A DNA stretch of 64,000 nt from Octopus sinensis. Its lineage: Eukaryota. Below the pieces are notes generated by a model that saw only the letters and a list, made by a program, of their open reading frames with translations, was not told the origin of the DNA and searched no databases. Positions within the stretch are counted from its first letter, which is position 1; every line of letters begins with the position of its first letter. The position numbers and the translations under genes are program-made. The DNA lies in NCBI RefSeq assembly GCF_006345805.1, contig NC_043004.1, positions 2,418,001-2,482,000 of the forward strand, written 5' to 3'. This document shows, in pieces, positions 25,150 to 38,200 of this stretch.

Positions 25150-25722
25150 ATTAAGGGTAAAAATTGATATTTATCAATTAGAACCAGTGGTCTAGCATAT
25201 TAAAGAAAGAATCCGAAGATTAAAATATTTATATATACCAATTAAGGACTGAACACGAAAAGTGGACCGTCAACATGCTAGATATAGACGTCAAATCGCC
25301 ATTCTCCACAAAAAGTCTATGTTCTCAGATCAAACTCAACACCAAACCAAAACAATAAACAAGTGAAAAATATACGAAATAAATATTTACCCATGTACTA
25401 AATTTAGTTTCGGCTGTTATTTTCTGCAAGGAAAAGTGCAGCCATCATCAGCATGGTCCCATATAAAATGTAATTTGCTGTACTAAATGCCAACACGATA
25501 CCGAAATAACGTGTGCATGGAGTACGGCCTATTACATTTGAAATATATATTTCAAATGTCTTTATTTTGGCGCGATGAGACCCGAGAAAACTAGCCCGCA
25601 GCTAATAGTTAGCAGCAGTTAATTTATCGGTTAGAGAACAAATATTTATATAAAATTAAATTAAGGGTAAAAATTGATATTTATCAATTAGAACCAGTGG
25701 TCTAGCATATTAAAGAAAGAAT
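25139..25722 (-). mobile_element. Terminally redundant ~510-nt hammerhead-bearing element (Penelope-like/retrozyme-like)
   Basis: 74-bp direct repeats at 25139-25212 and 25649-25722 (period 510); HHR inside; (TA)n on both flanks; homologous to 39569-40142. Confidence 0.8.
25391..25456 (-). ncRNA. Type I hammerhead ribozyme, apparently intact
   Basis: Minus strand CCATG CTGATGA T GGCTG cacTTTTCcttgcaGAAAAtaa CAGCC GAAA CTAAATTTAG TA CATGG: all three stems pair, canonical core, GUA triplet. Confidence 0.92.
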
Positions 25723-25728
25723 ATATAT

Positions 25729-25781
<53 letters not shown>

Positions 25782-25787
25782 TATATA

Positions 25788-25839
<52 letters not shown>

Positions 25840-26030
25840 GTATGTATGTATGTATATATATGTATATATACATATATTTAATATAAATAATTTGGAAAAA
25901 CAATTTCCAAATTAATCAGGTGCATCCCTTCAGCGATGCATTTACATATCGTACTTTGGGGTCTTATTTATCGTATATTTTTATATATTTATCTATGAAT
26001 ATACAAAGTATCTGATAAAAGTCAATATCA

Positions 26031-26288
26031 AATCGATGTGAGGGTATTCTGTTTCAGATAATACAAAATAACGTAATGAGTATATCTGACAGTAAACTCA
26101 TGGTATCAGTTTGCACATCACGATATAATAATTAAAAGATATAACCAAAATTACCAGCAGGGTGTATAATATAATTCATTAATTATATCCTGCTTTAGTT
26201 AATACTTATATTTATTAAAAATGAAGGAACTACACGTGTTTCAGTATTGGAAGATTACAATATATATATACATATACACAACGATACA

Positions 26289-26336
<48 letters not shown>

Positions 26337-26837
26337 CATATATGCAATCGTCAGATTTACAATTATTCCAACAATCTTCAGGTTCTATTTCAAAATATAA
26401 TATATCTAATTTTACATCCCTTTAAATGTATGTAATATAATTAAGCATTAAAGATTAAAAATTAAGAATTAAAAATTAAAAATTAAAATTATACTTTGTA
26501 ATATTAAGAATTAAAATATATAAAATATACATTATAAATATCAATTAGTATATATATTTATACATGCATATATATATAGGTATACAGTTGTGTATATGTA
26601 TATATATTGTAATCATCCCATACTGAAAGACGTGTAGTTCCTTCATATTTAATAAATATAAGTATTTACTAAGGTAGGATATAATTAATGAAGTATATTA
26701 TACACCCTGCTGATAATTTTGGTTATATCCTTTAAGTATTATTTCGTGATGTGCAAACTGATACCATGAGTTTACTGTCAGATATACTCATTACGTTATT
26801 TTTGTATTATCTGAAATAGAATACCCGCATATCGATT
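26031..26837. mobile_element. ~800-bp foldback element with ~270-bp inverted arms
   Basis: ~26031-26300 is the diverged reverse complement of ~26570-26837 (e.g. catggtatcagtttgcacatcacga / tcgtgatgtgcaaactgataccatg), with an AT-rich spacer. Confidence 0.9.
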
Positions 26838-26958
26838 AATGCCTCAAAATCAAATTAATATATGTATATATGTATATGTAAATGTATATATATATATACA
26901 TACATATATATATGTATATAAACAAACACACACATACTTAGGTATGTGTGTGTGTGTG

Positions 26959-26989
<31 letters not shown>

Positions 26990-27147
26990 AGCATGCACCT
27001 TTACTTTTTACGTATGTACCTGTGTATGTACACATAAATATGTGTAGACATATATTTATTTAAAGAATCTAAGGTGGAGCATTTTTGAAATGTGTTAAAT
27101 TTTCTACTGTGCCGTTTATGGATAGGATTTATACGTCTAGACCCGTG

Positions 27148-27164
27148 TATATATATATATATAT

Positions 27165-27260
<96 letters not shown>
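27148..27260. repeat. (TA)n microsatellite
   Basis: Direct reading of the sequence. Confidence 0.96.
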
Positions 27261-27261
<1 letters not shown>

Positions 27262-29982
27262 TCTGTGTGTTTTCGTGAGTGAGTGTGTAAACCTGATCAT
27301 TTCAAAAATCGTGAAAAGCAACACTTCATATGCGCACAAGCATATAAATTCATATAGACGCATATCTGTGCATTTGTGTCCTATTCGAATCTCTTAGGAA
27401 TTAAAAGTAATTCGTGCATTCGGCTCGAAGTCTGCTTATGTTTTGCCCCGTATATTCTTATATTTTTCTTAGTGTTGTTCATCCTTTCGTCTCAATCGTT
27501 TAATTATTTTCTCACATATAGTGCATTTAGAACCACAAAATCCTGTGTATTCCCTCATATATTTTTCAGATAGCAAGTATTAACTTAAAGGACAGGTGTA
27601 CACTATTTCGAACAAGTCGAGAGAGTGTTCAGAATTTTCTACGTGTGTTCGAAGGACCTCAGTATATTTCATTTTATGTATAATTTACTATTAAGTTAAA
27701 GTAACGGGAACGATGTTGGTATTTAGTAATTAATTAAACGCTTCATTTCGAGAGAAAATACTAACAGCTCTGAATTATTTATTTTATTGATTTCTTCATG
27801 AAATTGAAGCTGACAATGAGATTTCCTAAATTTCGTAAAATGGAAACACAATTTATGGCATTTCTTACGTTCTCTTCATGGTTAAGACACATTTTGAATT
27901 CATCCTTGCAAGTTGTGTAAAGACCTGCTACGTCCAGATTACTCTGAATTTACTTATTTCTAAGTAGCTGGGCTCGATCTTACCTCACATATATGTCTTG
28001 AAATTGGGAATTACTGAGAACCGCTGAAGAAATACAAAGCATCAACTGGTGAAATTGGATCCCCACCCACGAATTCGCATTTGTTTATCTTATTTCGTTT
28101 TAGCATCACTACTTCACACTGATGAATGTGTTAAAATTAAACTTCTGATAATTCTCAAATTTTTAATTTGCTTTTCGCGGAACGTTGGTGAATTGCTCTT
28201 TATCTGATCGAATCGTACATATTTGGTTTGATTAGTGTTACATATGGAAAGTAAATAAATGGTGAAAACCAATTATATTCAGTGTAATAAAGAACTTATT
28301 TGTAAGTAATTGTAAAGATTCTAGTAACATAATAATGCCCATATATGTATATATTTCTGTACGTAAAGAAGATCCTACTCACTCTGCAAATTTGTGGTCA
28401 TCAAATGTGCTACCTCGCGTTGAATTTTATGATTCTCATGTAAGAAAAAAATGAGAGAAATATCCAGACACGCGAATCTGGATATTAGAAATTATATGAG
28501 TCAGTCGATTAATGGATATAGTTATATCAGAGGGGTTTCATCATGTGTAAGAAATATATCTAAAATTAAGCTTAATCATTATATAAGATTACATTGTAAT
28601 ATATATTGCTGCAAACTAAAGGTCGCCAGAGTTGATTTATAAGATAAAGAAAATGAGGTTAGATATCTATATCGCTGAAGAAACTTCAGCAATGGTTTTC
28701 TGTTTTTCTGAACTAACATAAAATTAATTAACTTGCATAATTTATAGATAACAATTGAGGGTTATAAGCCTGTTTTATTAATAGCAAACAGGACGTCGTG
28801 TAAACGTAACATCTTAACATAACTATGCAAAGCCATCGATTTTTAGAATATCGTTAGAAACATATTTCGAAGTACAACCTATGTGTTTGGTAAGAAATCG
28901 ATAATTCACTGCAATTTTTGCCTGTAAATCTAAAAACCAGCGCCCCACCATCCTAAATCCCTTTTAATAGCGAGGTGATTTAAATTCAATTAGTTGTAAA
29001 TAGTGTACAGTTACGCTTCAAAAAATATATTCTGGTGTCTCGAATTCTATGAAATATATTAATATAAAATAGAATGGAAATATTTTGAATGGAAGGAGGA
29101 CATAGATATTGTATTGGGAAGTAGTTATTTAGAATATTTCTCATTAGCCTCACACAGCAAGGAACACAGATACAGCAGCATATTTCCTATCTCCGGCACA
29201 AACCGTTCCGCTTCATTTACGTCGGTATTGCCTCCATTTCTCCGTTCAGATAAGATACAGCATTTTGTGCCTAATCACCATAACATTAAACATACTCATG
29301 GTTAATCTAGTTGAGTTCATTGCAAACCAGACCAGTGAAAAGTTTGTTCCATTCTCGGACAAACCTCTTTCCCTACCAAGTCATTTTAATTATCAGTATT
29401 ACATGTCGAACTCTAATTTATGAAGTGGTGTTACATAGTTGATTGCGCAGGTCTACAACTCTACTGGTATACTTCTAACAAAACTGACTGATATCGATAT
29501 TTGATCATTGATATGCAAAAAAAAAAAAGGAATGTAGCACGTTGGTCAAGCGATACAATATGTAAATCGAATTCGGTAGAAGGAATAAAGTTATCCCAAA
29601 TGAAATTTAACTTCAAAATTTAAATGCCAGTTATAAAATATCTCAATACAATTTACAGGACTTAAGATGGTTTCTGCGCCATTATTTCGCAAACAACCCT
29701 TGTTTTAAAAATTACTCTACTTCAAAAAGGTTTCCTGGGACACGATATCTGATAGTTTTTTGCTGCCGTCCTTAGGATATTTGAATTATGTGGTAGATTT
29801 GTTTGTAAGTTAGCTATAGACAAGTGCAGCACATCTGTCTGGTTATACAGAACTCAAGCAAGTGCTGCAGAATAATTCCAGCATTCCACCAACTGGACTG
29901 GTTGTTTAATTTGTCGGGACGAGAAGTAATGTTGACTTCGGTGAAATTCGAACGCAAAACGTAAGGAAAACTTATCATTATT

Positions 29983-30177
29983 GCGCAGGCGTGGCTGCAT
30001 GGCAACAAGCTTGCTTACAAACCACATAATTAAGGCTTCAGTCCTACTGCGTGGCACCATATGCAAGTGTCTTCTGCTATAGCCTCGGGTCGATCAAAGC
30101 CTGGTGAGTGGATTTGGTAGACGGAAACTAAAAGAAGCCCATCGTATATATATATATATATATACTCTTTACTATTT

Positions 30178-30233
<56 letters not shown>

Positions 30234-30468
30234 GTATGTATATGTATATATGCATGTGTGTGTGTGTTTGTCGCTCCACCATCGCTTGACAACCGATGTT
30301 GGTGTGTTTACGTCCCCGTAACTTAGAGTTTCGGCAAAACAGACCGATAGAATAAGTATTTGGCTAGCAAAGAATAACTCCTGGGATCGATCTGTTCGAC
30401 TAAAAGTGGGGCTCCAGCATGGCCGCAGTCAAATGAATGAAACAAGTAAAAGAATAAAAGAATAAAAT
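29983..30468 (+). mobile_element. SINE family B with expanded internal (TA)n
   Basis: Same head, CORE-like segment and tail as 1614-2003. Confidence 0.9.
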
Positions 30469-30912
30469 ACTATTTTCGCTGACGTTGAAAAATATTGTAA
30501 GCTTTTTTTTTTTTTGGCCGAAGCTTTAACGATTTCACTTTCCCTTTTCTGTGAGGGTAAGCTATAACAGTAGCCTAAACCAATAACGAAGCTTATACGT
30601 AGTCACCCGACTCCTAGAATTGGCAGCTAAACCTCTCGATTGCAACCCCTGTTGTCATGTGTCTTGGGATGACCTGAGTTGGATAGCAACAATAAAGACA
30701 TCATTGACATCCGACGTTAACTAAACTAGCAACGAATTGAAGAACTCCGCCCGTTGGTCCCACCTCTTTAATCGACCTCGAAAAATAAAGAGAAAATATA
30801 TTTAATGCATTTCGTTGGATGTTCCTTAGAGATTTATTTGGGAAGTTTTTGAACAATTTCGATCATTTACCTTATTTCACTTTCTCTTGTACTTTCAATA
30901 TTTACCCTTCTG

Positions 30913-31699
30913 AAGGCGGCGAACTGGCAGAAACGTTAGCACCCCGGGCGAAATGCTTAGCGGTATTTCGTCTGCCGTTACGTTGTGAGTTCAAATTCCG
31001 CCGAGGTCGACTTTACCTTCCATCCTTTCGGGGTCGATAAATTAAGTACCAGTTACGCACTGGGGTCGATGTAATCGACTTAATACCTATGTCTGTTCCT
31101 GTTTGTCCCCTCTATGTTTAGCCCCTTGTGGGTAATAAAGAAATAGGTATTTCGTCTGCCGTTACGTTGAGTTCAAATTCCGTCGAGGTCGACTTTGCCT
31201 TTCATCCTTTCGGGGTCAATAAATTAAGTACCAGTTACGCACTAGGGTCGATATAATCGACTTAATCTGTTTGTCTGTCCCCTCTGTGTTTAGCTTCTTG
31301 TCGGTAGTAAAAAAATAGGTATTTCGTCTGCCGCTACGTTCTGAGTTCAAATTCCGCCGAGGTCGACTTTGCCTTCATCCTTTCGGGGTCGATTAAACAA
31401 GTACCAGTTACACACTGGGGTCGATATAATCGACATAATCCGCTTGTCTGTCCTTGTTTGTCCCCTCTGTGTGTAGCCCCTTCTGAGCAGTAAAGAAATA
31501 AGAAACGTTAGCACGCCGGGCAAAATGCTTAACGGTGTTTCGTCTGTCATTATGTTCTGAGTTCAAATTCCGCCGAGGTCGGCTTTGCCTTTCATCCTTT
31601 TGGGGTCGATAAATTCAGTACCAGTTACGTACTGGGGTCGATCTAATCAACTGGCTCTCTCCCACAAAATTTTGGACCTTGTGCCTAGAGCAGAAATGT
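30913..31699 (+). mobile_element. Tetrameric SINE family A with 15-bp TSD
   Basis: B-box/core units start at 30962, 31146, 31318 and 31534; atatttacccttctg is duplicated at 30898-30912 and 31700-31714. Confidence 0.93.
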
Positions 31700-32039
31700 A
31701 TATTTACCCTTCTGTTATTCGCTACATGCTCCCATACATGTCTTGCAAACAACTTGCACACGCAAGTGCTACCAGTCAAAAGCTCCGTATACCGGAAGCC
31801 AGCAAGTGTATAGGGTCATCAGGAGAGAATGCGCGCCGTTTCGGGGCCTACCTCTCGACGGCATCAATGCGCACCGCCCCCCCCCCCACTGATATGAGGC
31901 CCCGCTTGCTAGATCAGCTGGTTATGAAGTGAAACTCAATATCCTTCTAGCCATCGCTCATCGTCTTTTTTTAACCAAATCCAGTGGCTAGCCTTCTGCA
32001 CTGTAGATTGGATAACACACACACACACTCTACCATAGG

Positions 32040-32161
32040 CGTACACTCTTATGAACCCACGTTCCTCTCTGTCTTAAACCACTCTTCTCTTTCTCTCTCC
32101 TTTTATGTTTCACTTTCTTTAATTCTTTCTCTCCCTTTTTCTCTTTCTATTCTACCGTCTT

Positions 32162-32196
<35 letters not shown>

Positions 32197-33160
32197 ATAC
32201 ACAATTACCTTCTCTTTCTCTCTTATACACACTATCTCCACCTTTCTGTCTCTGCTATACATACATAAACACGTCCTACAATCTTAAGACAACATATTTC
32301 ACACTTGTACACACACACACAGACACAGACACACACACACACACACATACACACACACACATACACACACACACACATTCATAGCCACTCTCATCTCCTT
32401 CGCATATGTTCGATATCCCTATTACCCACTTCGTACAACTTTTCCCTTCTTTCCTTATAAACACACACACAACACACACACACACACACACACACTTTTT
32501 TACTCCTCCTCTCTCTTATCCGCAGTCTTTCGACCATCCATCCATCCATCTGTCTATCTTTTTCTATTTCTTCTCCTCCCTATCCCTTCCTTTCTCTCCC
32601 TCTCTCTCTATCACTCTTCACCATTTCGTGTTTTCTTCACTCGCTTCCCATCATTCCTCTCTTCCTTCCACGCGCTCTATTTTTACTATTTCTCTCACAT
32701 CTCCTTCCTCTCCCCCCTCTCTTTCCCTCTCTCTTTACTATCAAAGTTATCCCCGTTTTATCACAATTTTCTTGTCTCCCTTCCCTCCTCCTCTCTACCT
32801 TATACTCTTTCCTTTCTCACTTCAGAAATATAATCTACCCCCACCCTACTGACATATTTTATAACTTTCACTTTGTTCTTTTCTCTTTTATCCCTCATTT
32901 TCTTCTTTATTTCTCTCATTCATTCATTCACACACTCGTTCACATCTTCGTTGACTTCTATTGTATTTCATTCTCCGACCCTCTCTCTCTCTTCCCCACT
33001 CTCTCTCTCTCTCTTTCTCGATGTTTATCCAGGAAGCACCCCTTTACCATCCCTTTATCTCTTGTTCTCTCTTTCTCTCTCCCATTCACTCTTCCTCACT
33101 CCTTCTCTGCTACTCTATCTCATTTAACTCCTTCCCTCTCCCTCTTTCCTTTCTCTTTCA
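32040..33160. repeat. Long CT-rich low-complexity tract with (CA)n
   Basis: Plus strand dominated by C/T; the S/L/P-rich ORFs here are compositional artefacts. Confidence 0.9.
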
Positions 33161-33784
33161 ACTGTCTACACGCGGACGCTGTTAGTCCCATCGGTCGAAG
33201 GAGACCGTCTCAGGCCAATTAAACACTTAATCCGCGTCTTCCTGCATTGATCCGAGGTCGGCGTTCGTGGTACACGCCGGTCCTCAGACTATCCATCATA
33301 TACACAATCACTGTCACCAAACTGAATTCACACTTCTGGCTCCCCAACACGCACCATCCCGCCCCCATCACATTCTTTTCTTTCCACTATCAACAATATT
33401 AACTCTACCTCCCCCCGACCGTCCAGAACCTACTCCCAGCACCTCCCACATTTGTCTTTACCATCATTCTACATCTCATTGACGAGCTTACCCTTGTAGT
33501 TGTTACAAATACTTTGTTGTTGCATTCTAGCTTTTTGTTGTTGCTTCTGCTACACTATGTTACCATTATTAACAGAACTAGTAATACCAAGAATATTTCG
33601 TTAACATTAGTCCAAACAGTATTTCTATTTTGTTCATATTTCGAAACTTGTCTAATAAACGTCCTGCAAGTCTTGACTTTATACTTACAACTGCAGCGAC
33701 AGCCTAACTCTCATTTGTTCTATTTCGATTAACTAAGCACTTACTCCTCGAAAAATGAGAACAAAAATTAGCAGAACACTCTTT

Positions 33785-33789
<5 letters not shown>

Positions 33790-33850
<61 letters not shown>
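33790..33850. repeat. (CA)n microsatellite
   Basis: Pure CA run. Confidence 0.98.
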
Positions 33851-33856
<6 letters not shown>

Positions 33857-33957
33857 GAAAATAAATACAATTGTCAGGGCTGACTACGAAGCAAGGATCC
33901 ATCTATGCATTACAAAGTTTAAGACTTTCATTTAGTCGTTAGATTTTCTCTCTTGCT

Positions 33958-34562
33958 AAGGTGGCGAGCTGGCAGAAACGTTAGCACGCCGGGCGAAATG
34001 CTTAGCAGCATTTCGTCTGTCTTTATGTTCTGAGTTCAAATTCAGCCGAGGTCGACTTTGCCTTTCATCCTTTCGGGGTCGATTAAATAAGTACCAATTA
34101 CGCACTGGAGTCGATATAATCGACTAAATCCGTTTGTCTGTCCTTGTTTGTCCCCTTGTGGGTAGTAAAGAAATAGTTATTTCTTCTGTCTTCACGTTCA
34201 AATTCTGCTGAGGTCGACTTCGTCTTTCATCCTTTCGGGGCCGGTAAATTAAGTACCAGTTGTGTACTGGTGTCGATCTAATCGGCTGGCCCCCTCCCTC
34301 AAAATGTCGGGCCTTGTGCCTACAGTACAAAAGAATCTTTCGTTTATAAGGAGCGAGCTAGCAGAAATGTTAGCACGCCGGACGAAATGCTTAGCGATAT
34401 TTCGTCTGTCCTTATGCTCTGAGTTCAAAATCCGCCGAGGTCGACATTGCCTCTCATTCCTTCGGGGTCGACAAATTAAGTTCCAGTTGCGTACTGGGGC
34501 CGATCTAATCGACTGGCCCCCTCTACAAAAAATTCGCGCCTTATAGCTTGAGTAGAAAAGAA
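33958..34562 (+). mobile_element. SINE family A dimer (~33958-34335) followed by a monomer (~34349-34562)
   Basis: Family-A heads, cores and gtagaaaag tails. Confidence 0.88.
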
Positions 34563-34836
34563 TAAATTCCTCAAGACCTAAAATTCCAAAGTAGAAGGAT
34601 TGTTGTCACCCAAAGTAAAATAATATTATTATTCTCTCATTCTGTATTGAGTACTCTTTCTCCGACAGTCAACACGGATTGCGCATCGATATATATCCTC
34701 TGAAGATCGTGCTGGTGGGAGAATCGAGTGGGGAAATACATTTTCGGATACACTTGCTGATTCAAGAAAATTTGTTTGTATGTATGTGTGTGTGAGTGCG
34801 TAAGTGCGTGTGTGTGTACACTTATATATAGAGAGA

Positions 34837-35219
34837 GGAGGCGCAATGGCCCAGTGGTTAGGGCAGCGGACTCGCGGTCGTAGGACTCGCGGTTTCGATT
34901 CCCAGACCGGGCGTTGTGAGTGTTTATTGAGCGAAAACACCTAAAGCTCCACGAGGCTCCGGCAGGGATGGTGGTGATCCCCGCTGTACTCTTCCACCAC
35001 AACTTTCTCTCACTCTTACTTCCTGTTTCTGTTGTATCTGTATTTCAAAGGGCCGGCCTTGTCACTTTCTGTGTCACGCTGAATATCCCCGAGAACTACG
35101 TTAAGAGTACACGTGTCTGTGGAGTGCTCAGCCACTTACACGTTAATTTCACGAGCAGGCTGTTCCGTTGATCGGATCAACAGGAACCCTCGTCGTCGTA
35201 ACCGACGGAGTGCTTCCAC
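34837..35219 (+). mobile_element. Young full-length tRNA-derived SINE family D with 11-bp TSD
   Basis: Head ggaggcgcaatggcccagtggttagggcagcggactcgcgg...ggtttcgattccc, with CpGs still intact; atatagagaga is duplicated at 34826-34836 and 35220-35230. Confidence 0.92.
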
Positions 35220-38200
35220 ATATAGAGAGAAATATGTTAAGAACAAAGAAAAGACAATTTTTCTTAAGTGATAACAATATATAAAGACTACTACCAAACT
35301 GGATTACATATTTTCATCGAAATTTCTTTGTATAATTTCATTGACGTAATAGGCGAAATATTCCGCTCTACAACAATACTTTTTTTCTTTTTATTGAAAT
35401 CCATTTTTATAAAATATATGCATTCACACTTGATCCAATTTATCATCGCAACTTATCGTCGAACAGCTATGAACGTCTGCTTGATTACATGCTTAAAGGA
35501 TTTGCTTTGCTAACGCTTGTCAGTGTGTTTGTCGCTGTGTAGGATCTCGGACAAAATATGTTGTCATATTTCACTGTCTTCTCCAAGACTATTCGAAATA
35601 ATTTTGTGGCTGGAATATGTGTAAAATGAAGCTGATGTGAGGAGCTGTATCTGTTTTTAGTGATACAATTTTTGCCCTCCATCTAGCCATCGGGTACCTT
35701 TAATAAGTTTCAATCTGTTGCAAAGAGTTAGCTCTACGCCTCATATGTTGTGAGAAGCAAGGTGCCGCAGGATTTTTTCTTTCTTTTCCCTACCGATCAA
35801 TGAGGCCCTGGACAAAATAACGTGCACTTTTCTTTCTACTCAAAATACCACCCCCGCTAAAATATTAAATATGACCTAATTAAACGCAGAACTTAGTATG
35901 ATTGGTGGAAAATAATAAGTTTTGGAGAACCCGATCTGAAACAATTTTTTCTCGAATGACTCATTTCAATTAATTCTTTTTCGTGTACTTCTGATGTTTA
36001 GCCGCAAACAAAATTTTTGAGACGCTGTTTGTTTTAAATGGGAAGTCAATTGGTTGACTGGCTATCACTACCTGTGCTTTACAAGTCGTGTAATAGCATG
36101 AAAGATTGGAAAATAAAAAGAAGAAGCAGTAAATTAATAGACTAAAATCATTCTCTCATTAAGAAAACCTTTCATCTTTCTCATCAGTTTGTCCGTCGTT
36201 TTGTCCCCAGTCTTCAGCTCTATAATAGCAGGCATTCCAGCAGAGACCATCTCATTTTCGTTATAGTGTACTTAAAACTATATCGTTGGATGTACTTTTC
36301 GTTTTATGAGACGGTATGGTTTGAGTTTAGTGAAATTTAGCTGCTATTTCTACCTGGTTTCATTGAAATTGGTTTCTGATTTAGTACAAACAGAAGCGCC
36401 CCAAAAACTGGATTTGTCAGTCACGATTATAAGCAATATCTCTCAATATTTTTACTCTGCATCTGATATTAAGCGAAGGCTCAAATCGTAAGATAAAAAA
36501 GATACTTATCGTTGTTGGAATATGGAAATATTATTAATGTATGAATTAACCAAATTTAATCCAGCTTTGCTTTAATTTAGAAGAAACAGCTGGTAAAGGT
36601 GTAATGGTTATTTTACTGAAGAACAAATTAGAACTCACGAGATCCTATATTTTCTAAGTATATGAATATATACTTTATATCAACCAAAAGTCAAAACTGT
36701 CCCGCGAAATAACCCAACGAAATCTGTCAGGTCACCATTTGCCATAATAAGACAGCCATCACAATAAGGGACTCAATTTGAACTATACTCAACCAGATTG
36801 CACTTGAGCATTCTCTATCCGCTCATTCTCTCACTATTCCTCTCCCTCTCACTCCCCCGTCTTTCACCCTTTCTCCCACTCCCTCTCTCTATCTATCCCT
36901 CTCCCTTTATTTCTGTCTCTCTGTGTATTTGTCTTTCAGCTTATTCATTTACTGACCCATAAACGTCGTGTTTACGGTTTTCATTGTATCAAATGCTATC
37001 CTAATCATTTTGTGGGTACTTTCTTAAGTGTCCGTTCCAAACTATGACACACAGTTTTAGTCGCGGACTGAACCTGTGCCTGTTAGGTTGCAAGGCCTAG
37101 CTTTAACTGTGCTTGCATCCTTATTTTCATGCATCTTGTCTTTGTGCGTTCCTCATCGATATCTTTCAACTGTGATAGTATTGATCCGAAAAGCCACTAG
37201 CGATGTCTTCAACTGTCAAATGGTTGATATTACTTCTCAAAATATTTTCGGCTTGACTTTCAAATAAATTTCCGATCCTTGAGCTAGGTTTTGGCCTACT
37301 AGTTCCCTGATGGGGATTCAGCTATCTATGCTACATACAGATGTCTTTATACTGCAGATACAATGAAACTTGACGGGGATCTTCACTGACGTAATTTCAT
37401 ATCGCCTGGTGAATGAAAGGATATATTCGACACGATGAATGTTAAGAGCTATCAGAGTTTTACTATTTCACATACATGACACCTATGTCTCACAGCAATA
37501 CGGAGAAGAGGAAATACAGGTTGCCTAGTTGTTAATTATCTTGGAAAAAAATAAAACTTTTCAGAGCCCTCTAAAAATTGACCTGACTGACTATTTGACT
37601 CGGAAGGTTGTTTCGTGGTTGTTTATGGTTGTCTTCAGTTTTCTCGATATTAAGTGTTTGATCGGTTATTTCCCATTCATTACGCTGGCGCGAAGGTATG
37701 AAGGTCCGAGAGACTTTCTGCAGCGAGGCCACCATCGAATGTATATCAGTACACAGTAAACCATAATCCATTAAGATATGAGATCAGTGATGGCTTCTAC
37801 CTTACTGATTTTGGGAAGGTATCAATCAAGTTGGGATTAATACTACGTCCAGATTATTTCCAAGCACCAAGTTTAAACCTGAAGGTTCATATTCTTGCCC
37901 TTGAATAACAGTCCATCATATCTGTGTGCAACTAGTGAAAGGTCTTTACAAATAAGGGCAGTCGATCAATATATGTGTAAGTATATCCATCCAAGTATAT
38001 GTAAGCATATCCTCAAATGTATATATATCCATGTAAGTATACAATCTAAATTTACCCATGTACTTCGAGTATTTTCTACGGTTATTTTGATTCTTATTAT
38101 TCCATTCGTCCGCACCAATTTTTCGTCTTCCCTTCATTTCTCATAATTATACTGACTTATTCTACCGTATGATGGCCTAATGTTACATTTTAACTGTAAC

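Noticed and set aside
26345-26385. CTGAAGA and CTGACGA boxes (minus) in the foldback spacer
   Set aside because: No downstream GAAA or stem III/UH can be built.
30913-31699. Regularly spaced repeats resembling a CRISPR array
   Set aside because: Units are 170-215-bp SINE segments with no unique spacers, in eukaryotic DNA with no cas genes.
31720-31900. CIGSSGENARRFGAYL as a GIY-YIG endonuclease remnant of a Penelope element
   Set aside because: The similarity is short and weak by eye; it needs an HMM search before it can be claimed.
34837-34915. tRNA gene
   Set aside because: The tRNA-like head continues into a SINE body bounded by a TSD, and there is no complete cloverleaf acceptor stem.
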